Shown in pieces: positions 11,348-23,955 of a stretch of 64,000 nucleotides of DNA. The notes under the pieces are model-generated. The model ran no database searches. It worked only from the letters and a program-made list of their open reading frames with translations, and was not told the origin of the DNA. Source of the DNA: Vitrella brassicaformis CCMP3155 (Eukaryota > Protista > Chromerida); assembly GCA_001179505.1 (NCBI GenBank), contig CDMY01000231.1, forward strand, positions 95,562 to 159,561, read 5' to 3'. Every line of letters starts with the position of its first letter. Positions within the stretch are counted from its first letter, which is position 1. The translations under genes and the position numbers were made by a program.

Positions 11348-12143
11348 ATGTACAGGAGCCTTGGCCGCCTCTTTCGCTTTCTTTTTTTCTCGGCCGCAAG
11401 CTCGCCCTCCGTGAAACCGCTGCGAGGAGTGAAACTGCTCGTCGCGCCAAGAAAAGGCCGAAAGAAAGGCAAGGAGAAGATGCAGCTGACGAGGATGTGC
11501 CGCAATCTTCTCGATGCCAGCCCAACTCCCGGTGCTGTGAGTGCGCCGAGCAGATCTGAGCCTGTGATGCGCATGAATCCATGGACCTTGGCGAGAGCCG
11601 TCAGCAAGGCCGCCAAGTATGCAAGATGCAACCATCACGCCAGCGACTCACCGATGGTATGCTGTGGTTTGTGTTGGTATGAATCATGTCTGTGTGTGTG
11701 CAGGGAGAACATTCGTGAGGTGTCATTGTGGAAGGGCTTTGCAGCGCGGGCCAAGGAGGTGTCGGCCAAGCTGCAGCCGACAGACATGTCCATGATCCTA
11801 TTCGGATTCGCCAGGATGCGATACAGAGGCGCGTGACTGTTCACCTCACAACCAGACCGACACACACATAACCGGAGGCATCCCTTCTCCCATTCTTTGT
11901 CCGTTTGTTCAGATCGTGAGTTGATGTCTTTGATGGCCAAGGAGCTGGTGCCGATGCTGCCCCTGTTTGCCGCCTCTGACATCGCCTTCTTCCTCTCGTC
12001 CTATGCGCGGCTGCAGCTGCAGAACGCCTTCCTCTTCAACATATTCGCCCGTGAGGTGGCCAGGAAGGTACACGACTTCACGCCAAGAGAACTCAGGTCA
12101 GTAACAAACTGACAACGGAGAGAGCGGAGGAACGGGGAAGTGT

Positions 12144-12178
<35 letters not shown>

Positions 12179-14309
12179 CAGTGAGGTCGTGTATGCGTAC
12201 GCTGTAGCCCAGTTCCACCCCCCCCTGATGTTCGATGTCATCCGCAAACGCATGTTTGAGGTCGCCAGGCACATGGAGCCATGGTTAGCATCATCATATC
12301 CCAGACAGACACATACGTGTGTATAGGCATTTATTCGGCTTCTCCCTGTGTGTGTGTGAAGGCACCTGACGCTTGTGGTCAACGGGTATGCGCGTCTGGG
12401 TTTGCTGGACACGCGGCTGTTCGCCCTGCTGGCTACTGAGATATCCCGGCAGATCGGCGCCTTCCCTGCACGGCCGCTTGCACTCATCGCCAATGCATAC
12501 GCCAGGCTGCGAATAGAGTGAGTCAGTGAGGGAACAACGAGATGCTCCATCGGTCGGCCGGTGGGTCGCTCGCTTGTGTGCATATTTTATGTGTGTCCAG
12601 GAATCGGTTTCTGTTGGAGGTGTTGGGCGATGAGATATTTCGGAAGAGGGCAGACCTGTCGCCTCAGGTAGGGGGCCGCCTAAGGGAGAGCCAGGGGAGA
12701 GCCAGGGGAGAGCGGTCTGCATAGGATTGCTGTTTGTTTGTGTGGTTGATCCGGTCGATTAGGGTGTTGCGTTGGTGGTGAATGCCTATGCACGGCTCAA
12801 CATCGTCAACCCTGTCCTATTCGACTACTTCGCTGACGTGAGGCGACGTCAGCAAAAAGACCGAAAGATCGACAGACCACCGTCAAGTCTGGCTGTGTGT
12901 GTCTGTGTATCAGGCGGTTCCAGCGAGGATGTCGGAGTACCATCTCCACTCTCTGTGTCTGATCGGTGCGGCCTATGCTCGGCAGCAGCACACCGCCCCC
13001 CGGCTGTTCGAGGCCATGGGCGAGCGGATCGGGCAGCTCTCGGCTGAGCTGTACCCGAGAGCCGTCGCATCGTGTGTCTTCTCCTTCGCACAGGTGGCTG
13101 ACTGACATACACTCACATCACATACACTTTCGCACTGAGTATTTGTGTGAATGAATGAGTGGACGTATGTGTGATGTGATGTGTGTGTGATTGTCTGTCT
13201 GTCTGTTTCCCACTCAGCTTGGTGTCCGTCACGGCCCCCTCCTCTACCACGCCCCCATCCATGCCGAGCGATTCGCGTCATCCTACACCTGCGACGAGCT
13301 CGCCATGCTGGCACAGTCCTACGCCCACCTCTCCATCAACAACACCACCCTCTTCCAGACCATCCTGGGCCAGATGCACCGTTTTGCGATGGTGGCCATC
13401 GATGTCAGTGGCACAGAAGACAGCTCCGATTACCATGGCGAGAAGGCCTTCGCCAGCCAGCCACAGGGGGAGGTTAAAGGCAGCGGGGCCGTGCGAGATG
13501 GGCAGGAGTACGTGGATGCGATTGCCCGGTCGGAGGGCACGAGTGAGGGGCGGACTGCCCCGCCGTGTCGGGTGGTGTCCCTCGTGTGGCTGCTGCAGGC
13601 CTTCGCGAAGCTCCACATATTCGATGACCAGGTCAGGGGGACTGCTCCCAAGAGACACAGCCGGGCAGTTTCTTGTTGCTTACGTGTGTTGTGTACGTGT
13701 GTGTGTTCAGGCATTTGACATTCTGGGTGATCAGTTGGGCCTCCGTGTGGAGGAGCTGACGCCCCCAATGATAGCACACGTGCTGTACTCGTTCGCCCAG
13801 TGCACCTACTTCCACCCGAGAGCCCTCAGTGCCATCGTCAACCACCTCCAGGTACTCACATCACATCTGCTCTATTCTACCGCCTGAATATCATCCCATC
13901 TCCATCCATCCATCCATCCATCCATTGGCTGCGCATCCATCGTCCATCTTGGTCCATTCAGTTGCACCGTGCGTCTCTTCACGAGTTCGGCCAGGAGGAG
14001 CTCGATCTGGTCCGTGTGTCGCTGATTGCCCTCGGCTGCTCAGTCGACATGACTCACCAGCACTCGCCCGAGCCCGTCTTCACCTACCGGCCCCCATCGC
14101 ACCTGCAGCTGGCGACGACAGACGGGGCGGGGGAAGGGGCGGAGGTGGATGCGCCCGTGCACATGAATTTCAACGTGGTGCTGCCGTCCTCAGTGCCGCA
14201 CAAGAGGTTCCAGGCACAAACCATTGAACGGCCCCCCTTCGTGCTGCCTGACGTGGGAGCAGCCCAGGGCACAGGCCAGGGGCAGCAGCAGCACGACGCC
14301 AATAAATGA
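11348..14309 (+). CDS. Heptatricopeptide-repeat (HPR; OPR/FASTK-like helical repeat) protein, probably mitochondrial
   Basis: The spliced product has at least 9 consecutive 37-aa repeats (e.g. DMSMILFGFARMRYRDRELMSLMAKELVPMLPLFAAS; HLTLVVNGYARLGLLDTRLFALLATEISRQIGAFPAR). The N-terminus is basic and poor in acidic residues. Start is ATG 11348 or 11480. Confidence 0.8.
11399..11405. promoter_or_regulatory. Candidate promoter motif AGCTCGC
   Basis: Lies between ATG 11304(-) and ATG 11480(+). Confidence 0.35.
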
Positions 14310-14535
14310 ACTGTGTGGGTGGCCTGGCAGTGCATGCCGGGCATGGACGCAGATAGATAGATGGGTGGATGGGTGCAGGTGTGGTGGGGTGGGGTGGCTG
14401 CGGCCCATGTCGATATGAATGAATGATGATCATTTCAGGGGTGCGCGCTTTTCAGCGTCTCGCTCACCCACCCCCCTCCACCCCCCCGTCTCTCCCGACC
14501 TCCCTGACCCTCTCCCTTGTCAGCAAACCAGAACA

Positions 14536-16172
14536 ATGAGGGCCCCTCCATCGCTTATGAGGCCCCCCCACCGTCCCGACATTCAGCTGGACGACATTCG
14601 TGAGGAGGACGCCGTCTTGCGAATCATATCAGAGAAGGCAAAGACCAAGACAGAGAGAGAGCTGGCCTACCAAGGAAGGTGGGCGAGACCATGCATTGGC
14701 ATCCGAGATTGTCCGCATCTTTGTCTTGGTGCGGTGTGCTGTGTGATTCAGATGGTCCGATGGCCTTTGTGAGGTGTGGAATGACTGTGGGTGGTTCATC
14801 GCCACGCTATTCCTCGGCTGTTGGCTGAGACAGGGCGTCACGCTGCAGCGGTCCAACATCATGGGTCTGGCGGAGGCCTGCCCCCTCTTTGGCTTCCTCT
14901 TTCTGGTCTCGGTGGGGCTGCTCTTCGTGTCGTGGTACGGGTACACCAACCTGGTCTTCCTGGCGTGCTTCTTCATACTCATCTACCTCCTGCTGACGTG
15001 GAAATACCACCTCAGATTCAGACACGTAAGCACAGCACAGCACAGCACAGCACAGACCGACAGAAAAGCCAACAGAGACGTACAGTACACTGATGGGATG
15101 GGGGGTATCTGTCTGTTTCTGTCTTAATTGTTGGTTCGATTCAGCGGTTCTCCCTGCCAGCCACCGATTCGACAGAGGATTGCTGCCTCGTGTTTCTTTG
15201 TCTGCCATTCGTCCTGGCCCACCAAGGCAGACACGCAGACAGATTCGCCGGTAGGCAGCAGCAAGCCAACTCAGCAGCAAGCCAACTCCCGTACACTACA
15301 CGCCTGCATATGTCTCTACTCGCTGCATCGCATCAGGTGTGTTGGCGCCCGCCAGGTCGGGTGCTTATTATGACGAAGAGATTGCCATCGGAGACGCCAC
15401 CAAACAGCCACTGGCCCCCACATACGACACCTACCCCCAGCCCAACGCAGGCGACAAGCCCACACAGAAGATGGGCACCAAGCTGACCATGGAGAGTCTG
15501 GAGACGCGAGAGCCGCTCACAGTGCACGGCACCAAGGACACGAGCTTCGTACCCGTCATGATGGGCGGGGGCAGCGGCGAGAGCCTCACCGACAGAGAGA
15601 GACCCGACAGCAACACAAGCCGTGAGACTTCATCAGTCGTTAGACAGGGGCCCCTCATGTCTCAGCTGACGCGTCACCTCTCCGACGAAGCGGTCGTGCA
15701 CCGACACACACACACCGGCCCCTCGGCCACAGCCAGCCAGCAGCTCGCCACCCCGCCAACCCACCTACAGCATTTTTCGTCGTCGCACAGCGACGTCATT
15801 CACTACGCCAACACGCAGAGAGGGGGGCCGGACATACAGGGGCAGGGGAAGCGAGGGCCGCTGAAAGAGGAGGACATCGAGCGAGAACTGATGCGAATGC
15901 GGTCGATGCAGCAGCAGCAGCAGGAGCAAGGCGCCTACCTGCCGTGGCGCCCCAGCTGGCGACGGGCGGCCACACTGGACCCCACTGTTTATGGCAAGCC
16001 TCTGTTTGATCCCGCTGATTTCTACCGCCGTGCCCGCAGCGAGATAGCAGTGCCCGTGACGCAACAGCAGCACATGGGGGATGACGATGCGGCCAGCGGG
16101 ACGACAGAGGGAGGGTCTGGGCGAAAGAAGACGGGCGAGCCGTTCAGAAAAAAGATGAGAGTGGAGAAATAG
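14536..16172 (+). CDS. Membrane protein of unknown function (2-3 TM segments, low-complexity C-terminus)
   Basis: Exons join ...ELAYQGR|WSDGLCEVWNDCGWFIATLFLG...LFGFLFLVSVGLLFVSWYGYTNLVFLACFFILIYLLLTW..., with a long final exon ending ...KMRVEK* at 16172. An upstream in-frame ATG lies at 14419. Confidence 0.65.
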
Positions 16173-16391
16173 ATGAGTTGGACAGATCAGATGGAGAGCT
16201 GAATGAGAACCGAGTTAATTGACAAAGCGACTTGCTGTCTGTCTGTGTGTCTGCGGGGAAGGGCGAAAATAGTTTTGACTCATGTGCCTTTACAGGAGAT
16301 AAGTAAGTATTGACACGCACAGACACGCCAGTTTATGTATATCGACCCGTAAATCGACACACTGGAATAAGTCCACTGAGCCCACTGTTCG

Positions 16392-17995
16392 TCACCCTTC
16401 GTGCCCAGCATCATCACCCTCGGTTGTCCGGTGCCGCGACCTCGACCGCACCCTTGGCTTCTTTGCACCATCCGCAGCAGCAGGAGACAGTTTGGGCCTT
16501 TTGGGCTTCTTGGGGAGACACGACAGGGGGTTCTTGCCCTTCTTCTTCTTTCTGTCAGAGAGACATCAATCAACGGGGGTTGCGGAAGGTGACACACACG
16601 AACCAGTGGTGTCTGCCGTGCGGCCTACTTTTTCTTCTGGGCTGCGTCCTGGTCTTGTTGTGCTTTGGCAGTGGCGTCTTTCAGAAAAGGCCGTTCCCAC
16701 TCCCTCGGACCCGCCTGCTGCTCCTCACGCTGAACACACGCTTGACGCACCGATTCGATCCATGTGTATGAATGAGTATGGTGTGGGTCTGCCTGCCCAG
16801 CCCACCTTGCTGAGGGATGCCTTGGCCGCATCTGAGGGCTCCTCGATGAGCGGCACGCTGCCGTGAAGATACAGCAACGGCACACGTGGAATACGCCTGT
16901 CAGATGAATCAATCATCGTTATTCCGCTCCATCAAGCATGGTTGTATTGGTGCCGCCTGCGATCATGCCGTGAGTGCCGTGCCGACCTGACGAATGCTTG
17001 CAGGGTGCGATCCTGCGTCGCCACGCAGAAACGGTGCGGATTGGAGGACCCTGCACACACAATGAATGACACACAACCTCAATCACAGCAGTGTAGCGCC
17101 CTTGGCGTACCGAGGAGTTGCTTGATGCACTCTGCTGCATCGATGGTGCCCTCCTCCCCCTCGTCCATCTTGCGCCTCTTCCATGCCCGCCATCCGCCAC
17201 CCTCGAGGCTCTCGCGGCTCTGCACAGCCGAGGTGGGCACCACACGATGAACCACATCGTCGTCGTCTTGAGGACAATCGACCTCTCGCGGCCTCTTCTT
17301 GGCACCTGGGGTACATGGTGGACAGACAGGGTGCTCAACACTACTCGCGGAACAGTCAGTACCTGGCGGTGGCGTGCTGGCATCGTGGTCCGCTAATTCG
17401 AGCCCCTCGGCCTCGAGGTCATTTGCATCATCCGCTGCTTCTGGTGGTGCATCCTTGCCGTCTGGTGGCTTTGGCGCTTCCTGGATGGCCTTGGTGTGAT
17501 GGCACTTGTGCCTGAATAGTGAGTCGAGGGAGCGGGCAAGACAACGAATGGGTGAGTGCTGCTGATTGACTGACCTGTAGAAGTTCTTGGCAACGAGCAC
17601 CGCCCCGAGGAGGTCAGGCCCCAGCTTCCGCAACTCAGCCATGGTACACGTTGTCACAACTGATGAATGAATGTACCAGGATAGATACACATCACATATA
17701 TCGGTTCGTTGGCCTCCATCATCCTGACTGACCGACCTGGTGTGCATCTCCCTCCCAGCATCTTGGGCAGCTGTTCCTTGATGTGCACCTTCTGCTTCAA
17801 CGACGCCTGGATGAACGGACCGTCAACTGAGCGCATTGACAACACAACAACAGACAGGGATGGATGAGTGAGATCCGCCATGGTTCTTGCCTGCCTGATA
17901 GGCTTACTGAGGACGCGATATGGTTCGTCGATTCCGCATGCCACCCTGTAGAAGCGCATGATGCGCCTGAACTGCTTCTGACGCTTCGCCTTCAT
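16392..17995 (-). CDS. UTP23: rRNA-processing PIN-domain protein Utp23 homologue
   Basis: MKAKRQKQFRRIMRFYRVACGIDEPYRVL|VDGPFIQASLKQKVHIKEQLPKMLGG...TTCTMAELRKLG...AECIKQLL...NPHRFCVATQD...RIPRVPLLYL, plus a Lys-rich tail. This matches the Utp23/Fcf1 pattern. Confidence 0.85.
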
Positions 17996-18015
17996 CCTTC
18001 TTCTTTGCACCTCTA

Positions 18016-18022
18016 AGCTCGC
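18016..18022. promoter_or_regulatory. Candidate promoter motif AGCTCGC
   Basis: In the 53-bp UTP23/HIBADH spacer. Confidence 0.5.
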
Positions 18023-18048
18023 AGACGAGGCGGGCGGCGCGAAGAGGA

Positions 18049-19989
18049 ATGTCGTGGCTTGGAAGAGGCGCGGCTGCAGCACTCCGTCAAGGGTGCGTGC
18101 AGTTGGGTATGAGATCCCGCTCCTTCTCGACACTAGCATCTGCCCTGGATGCTGATCTCATCGGCTTCATCGGCCTCGGTGAGCAGCAGAGCAGATCCAA
18201 CACGGGAGGTTCATGGTGATCATCGTGTGTATGTATTGCATATATGTGCAGGCAACATGGGTCTGCCGATGGCGTCCAACCTGCTGACGCACGGGCGTAG
18301 GCTGCTGGTGTTCGACATGTCTGATGAGAGGCTGCAGGAGGCCCAGAAGAGGGGTGCCAAGGCCGCACAGAGCGTCGCACATGTGGCCCGGGAGGTGAGC
18401 GAAGCGACCATTGATTGCAGTGCATCTGCATGCACCAGGATGTCTGTGACATTCCTTCGTTCGTTCCTCCTCTGGCTGGGTGTGGTGTGTGTAGGCTCGC
18501 GTCGTGATGACCATGCTGCCGGCCACGAAACACGTCAAGGCCGTGTACCTCGGCGAAACAGGTCAGTCAGCATACATACACACGTGAGGGACCAGATGGA
18601 TGAAGTGAGGCGGAAAGGTTTAGTGAGTGAGTGCGTCCTCGCTGTTGTGCAGGTCTACTCGCCAATCTGGGGGAGAAGGGCAGTCTTATCATCGACTCGT
18701 CGACCATCGACCCTGTGAGTGCGGAAGAGGTCAACAAGGAGGCCACATCGGCGGGTTATCGGATGGTGGATGCCCCGGTGTCTGGCGGCGTGCCTGGGGC
18801 GGTGGACGCGACGCTCACCTTCATGGTCGGGGGCACCGATGACAACTTCAAGGTACGTACGTACGTCCACTACACCTCACCTGTCTGTCGGTCCGCATGG
18901 TTTGCGTGAGTGGTGGCACAATGAATGCGACCAAATCCATCCTGTCCTGCTGTGCTGTTGTTGTATCGTTTCCGATTTGATGTGTGTGGATGTCATGTGC
19001 TGTGATGGGTGGTTCGGTTCAGGCTACCCAGCCGCTGCTGGCCATGATGGGCAAGAGTGTGGTCCATTGTGGGGGCCCGGGCAAGGGAGCAGCCTTCAAG
19101 GTAAGCGTCGCAAGCACAGACGCTGGCCAGCCAGATAAGATAGCACGTGTGTGTCAAGCAAGACTTGCTTGTGTCGCCCTCCCTCTGCAGGTGTGCAACA
19201 ACTTGATCCTTGCCGTGAGCATGCTGGGCGTGTCGGAGGGCTTCAGACTCGCCGAGTCTCTCGGTCAGCCCAGGCTGCCGTGTGACAGATCAGATTCCGG
19301 ACACGCCTAATGCAATGCAATGCAAGCCACACAAGTGTAGTGTCTGTCTGTCTGCCGTGTGTGTCACACGCAGGCGTGGACCTCAACAAGTTCGCCTCAG
19401 TCGTCAACACGTCATCCGGCAGGTACTGTACTTCCCACACAGACACATGGACCGGATGCATCCGTCCACCCAAACCAGCAGGCACACACACGTCTTCGGG
19501 CGGCCCCTCTCTGTGCTGTGGTGTGCAGGTGCTGGTCGTCTGATACCTACAACCCTGCACCCGGTGTCATGGATAACGTACCGGCCTCCAGGTGTGTGAG
19601 TCAGTCAGTCCAGTGGACGAACGATGCGATTCGATGGCATCCATCACAATGAATGCCTATGCTTCGTGATTCGATTCACCATCCGTCGATGCCATGCCAT
19701 GTCATGTGTGCCTTTCAGGGATTATGTGGGCGGGTTTGCGATAGATTTGATGGTCAAGGACCTGGGTCTGGCGCTGAGTGCGGCCGAGGTGACCAAGGCA
19801 CCGCTGCCCGCCACCAAAGAGGCACACCGCCTCTACGGACAAGTCGCCGCCAAAGGTACGTGTAAGTGAAGGCAATTGATGAGCGTCAAGACACTCAGGG
19901 CTGGCCGCATGTGTGTGTGTCTTGGCTGCTGTCACTCAGGTCATGGCTCGTTGGACTTCGGCAGCGTCTACAAGTATGGCGGCACCTGA
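18049..19989 (+). CDS. HIBADH: 3-hydroxyisobutyrate dehydrogenase, with a mitochondrial-type leader
   Basis: IGFIGLG|NMGLPMA Rossmann motif, IIDSSTIDP, MVDAPVSGGVPGA...TLTFMVGG, K|VCNNL (catalytic Lys), DLMVKDLGLA and LDFGSVY. Confidence 0.95.
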
Positions 19990-21107
19990 AAGAAAGAGTG
20001 CGTTGGCCGCGTCGTATGCCATCAGCATCAGTTTTTCGTCGACCTGTCTAGCTACACACACACACACACACACAGAGACACAGACATTTACACAGCTCTT
20101 ATGGTGTCAGTCAGTTTCTTCCCTTGGTCGCCCCTGTGCCCGCCTCGGCTGACTTGCCTCTTGATCGATCCACCGACCAAGAGCACAAGTCTGCTGGGCG
20201 TGTCACAGCTGGAGGATGGGGAGGACAGACAGCCTCACTAATGTGTGATGAATCAGTGCATGGGGCGTCTGTCTTTTTTGGGTGACGATTGGTTCATTCT
20301 TATTCCGTTTTGTGCGTCCGTCCGTAGTGGACAGACAAGGCGTGGGGCGGCGCCTTCTCTCTCCTTCCTTTTTTTGAGCCGTACGTGCGTATCTCGTCAG
20401 TCACGGTGAATGTGTGGTGTGTTGCCGTTGTTGCTGCGGAGGTGCTGCCTGTGTGTATCACCGCCTGGTCATAGTCTGTCCATCCCCTTTGTTTGTATGT
20501 GGTGGGGTGGTGTGTGGCAACACAACCTGACGGACCCACCGTGTGTGTTTTTGTGTGAATGCCGCGCCCGTCCCAACCACCGGAAGCTGCTCATTTCGAC
20601 TCGACTGGACTGGCCGTTAACTGGAAAGACATTAACTCATAGCCCAACGTCAGGCAGAGTCTGTCGGTCTGTCATGAAATGAACTGTGTCAATCGACCAA
20701 CTCTCAATCACGCGACAAACATGCCAGCCCATCCTCAGCGCCCGCCTGGCGTATCTTCTAGCGCCCGCCTGGCCCACACGCACACACAAACGAGCACGGG
20801 CCCACCCAATCACCTGGCTATACGACTTCTCAACCAGGCGGCCGGAAAAAGCATTGGCCTCTCTGCCCCACACACCATCCACCGTGACGCCCAAGGGGGT
20901 GAAGTGGATGGACTTGTCCTCGCACACACTGGCGGTTAACCAACGCAGTGGTCGACCGACACACAGTGTGATCCACTCCATGCACTGCACTGAATGCAAT
21001 TGAGTCCACAAACCAACGGACACAAAATCCTTGCAGGCCACGCTTCGCTTCGCTTCGCTTCACCCCTCACTCACAGGACAGACATCTGTCTGTCAACAAA
21101 AAACCCC

Positions 21108-22293
21108 TCATGCTCGTGCCATCCAGGCACTGAATGCCTTAGGGTAGTCTGTCTGGATGGCTGTGATGCCGTCAGGGTGCCTCACAGCGTACGACCAATC
21201 GCCCTACACACACACATACAGACACACCTGCCGGCCGGCCTGCCGGCCTGCCTACTGATGTGTGTGTGTGATGTGCTGTGTTGTGTTGTGTTGTGATGAG
21301 AGACCCACCTCCTCGTTAAGTATCCAAATGACAACAGGCACCCCCCGCCTCTCCAAATGACGCCACAGACCTGTCAGGACACACACATTCACACACATCA
21401 TGGATAATATGATATATAGATGTGTGGACGATTCAATCAGTGAGGCGCATGACTTGACTTGCCTTGCCCACCTGGTCTGTTGATGAGCACCTTGGCCATG
21501 TAGGCCTTGGCCCAGAACCACCACCCCACCTTCTTGCCCTTCATCTCGGCAACTTTTGCGAACAGATTGACGATAAGGGAATTCACCAAGGGGACATTGT
21601 AGACCTGCAAGCAAGCAACCCATCACACCCCACGCATACGCACACGCACACGCAGCCGCAGCAGAGTGACACTGACGACGGACACACACAGTCCTCCTCG
21701 TGTGTGTACCAGGTTGTTTGGGATGCTCACGAAGGGCAGAAGGCCCATTGTGTAGAGCGCGACGATTCTCAGAAATTCGGGCTTGACAGTGATGCACGGG
21801 ACGGACGTATCCTTGGCCTGCATCACACACAGAGGCCACAGAAAGAAAAGAGGCCACTTGATTCAGCGGCCCCGGTCTGTTTGTCTGGCTGCATACCCAC
21901 CATGAGTTTCTCCTTGAGGGATTTGTTGAAGGGGTTGCCCCAGACAGTGCGGTTCTTCCGCCCCGAATTGACCAGCTCTCGGTACACAGCATCGACTGTC
22001 GCCTGGTCGTCATCCCACAGCTCAAGGATGGCAAACATGTCAGGCCCGAGAGCCGCCAACACATCCTTCAGCAGCGACAGGCGGCCACCTGCGCACACAC
22101 GAACAGACAAACACAACACGCGAACAGCGGTAGGGAGGGAGGGAGGTGTTCGTGCCTGCGTGCGAAAGTGTGTGTCTGTGTGTGACTACCGTACCGTCTG
22201 TTTTGACGGGATGGGGGATCAGCAGGTTGGGTGGCAACTCCTTCTTCAGCGGAGGGATGTCGTCGTAGTTGAGACTGCAGACAGACACAAGAC

Positions 22294-22329
<36 letters not shown>

Positions 22330-22778
22330 CCGGTGCCCAACCATGGCAGGAGATAGATACAGGTGAGCTGTGTGTTGTGTCCCTTCTCCCCACCAGTCAC
22401 TCACTCTTTCAGCTCTTTGTCTGCTCCCGTCAGGTTTTTCAGCCCCGAGTGGTACGCCACGGCCACGCCGTCCTTGGTCATCCGTGCATCAATCTGGCAC
22501 CCCGCCGCGCCGTTCGCCACGCAGTTGTTGACTGCACTGACGGTGTTCTCGGCCTCTTCGCCGCCTCCCGCCCGATGCCCCACGCACAACACGCGGCCTC
22601 CTCGAGCTTTTTTCGCATCGAAGAAGATCTTCTGCCGGATGTCCGAGGGGTCAGGTCGGCCCCAGAGGAGGTGGGGATACCGCCCGAAGATCTCCGAGAT
22701 GAGTGCATAGGTAGCGACAGCCCCGCCGGCGACGACCAGAGGCCGAAGCCATGGATGGGCGTCGGTTGACGATGCCAT
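21108..22778 (-). CDS. Glycerophosphodiester phosphodiesterase, GDPD1/GDPD3 (lysophospholipase D)-like, with an N-terminal TM segment
   Basis: VGHRAGGGEEAENT, QIDARMTKDG..YH, HLERRGVPVVIWILNE and GITAIQTDYP motifs. Confidence 0.85.
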
Positions 22779-22799
22779 TGGCGGAGCCTGAAAAGATTT

Positions 22800-22806
22800 G
22801 CGAGCT
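22800..22806. promoter_or_regulatory. Candidate promoter motif GCGAGCT
   Basis: In the 62-bp GDPD/SET spacer. Confidence 0.5.
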
Positions 22807-22840
22807 CATTGGCTGACTTGAAGGGTGGGGGTGGTGGAAA

Positions 22841-23955
22841 ATGAACAGCTTTTTCAGCTCCCTTTGGACCCCGCCGTACGGCCACATCAGCTTCACTCAC
22901 ACGCCCCCGTTTCCCGCCGCGTGTTGTGTGGCTCCGAGCAAGCTGCACAAGCGGGGCGTGTTTGCCACCCGCCATCTGCACAGGGGAGAGCTGATTGAGA
23001 TGTGCCCGGTCCTCAAAATCGACGCGCGGTACCTCCTGCCGCAGACGGGGCTCAGGTACACAGAGGGGAATTACAATTGCATGCAACGCAAAGCTCCTAA
23101 CAAGCCCATCCGTTGTTTTGTGTCTGTTGCTCCCTCCTTTGTGTGTGTGCAGGGACTATGTGTTTGATCCGCAGGAGGCCTGGTGCGGCCCGGGCAAACA
23201 CACCTGCCTGCTGGCGGTAAGTAAGAAAGAAACCCTCAGACGTTGGAGTGGAGTGTGCACGTTCTTTCAGTTGGGGAACGGTTCGCTGTACAACCATGCT
23301 CCCAATGGTCGCGGCGCCAACTGCACCTGGCACTACGACAAGACCAGGGAGGTCATGGTGCTCTACGCGACCGCTGCAGTGGCCGCCGGGACCGAACTCC
23401 TGCACGACTACTCTGACGTAAGAAGGAACCAATAGAACCAACCGGATGAAATCGAGTCGTAAACAAAGCGGCCCATTAGTGTGTTTGGATGGATGGATGG
23501 ATGGATGGATGTGTGTGTGTGTGCAGGACTACTGGAAGGCTCGCCCCACCCAGGCTGCAGTCCCTCCTCCCTCCGGCCAAGCTCATCCCGCCCTGCACAC
23601 CACAGCCCCTGCCGCCCCGGCGGCGGCACCGGTGCCAGGGCCAGCCCAGCAGGCGCCCGTCATGAAGCACACAGGAGAGGGCGGCATCACACAAGGGGCG
23701 GGCATCACACAAGGGCCGGGGCCGCTCGCACCCCTCGAACATCCACCCAACGCCATCCCTGTCCGGCCGCTCCATCGCCAGCCGCCACTGCCAGGCTATG
23801 CGGGTGCGCCGTTCCGTCCTCCAGTGACACCGCTGGCTGTGACGCGCTCGGTCATGGCACAGGGCCCCCCGGGAGGGTTTGTGGGGACGGTGGTGATGCC
23901 GCCGGTTGGCCAGCTGCACACCACACAGATGGTTAGGAAGGAGGGTGACAACTGA
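22841..23955 (+). CDS. Minimal SET-domain protein (lysine methyltransferase-like) with a Pro/Ala-rich tail
   Basis: SKLHKRGVFATRHLHRGELIE, LGNGSLYNH, ELLHDYSD|DYW SET motifs across 4 exons. Confidence 0.85.
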
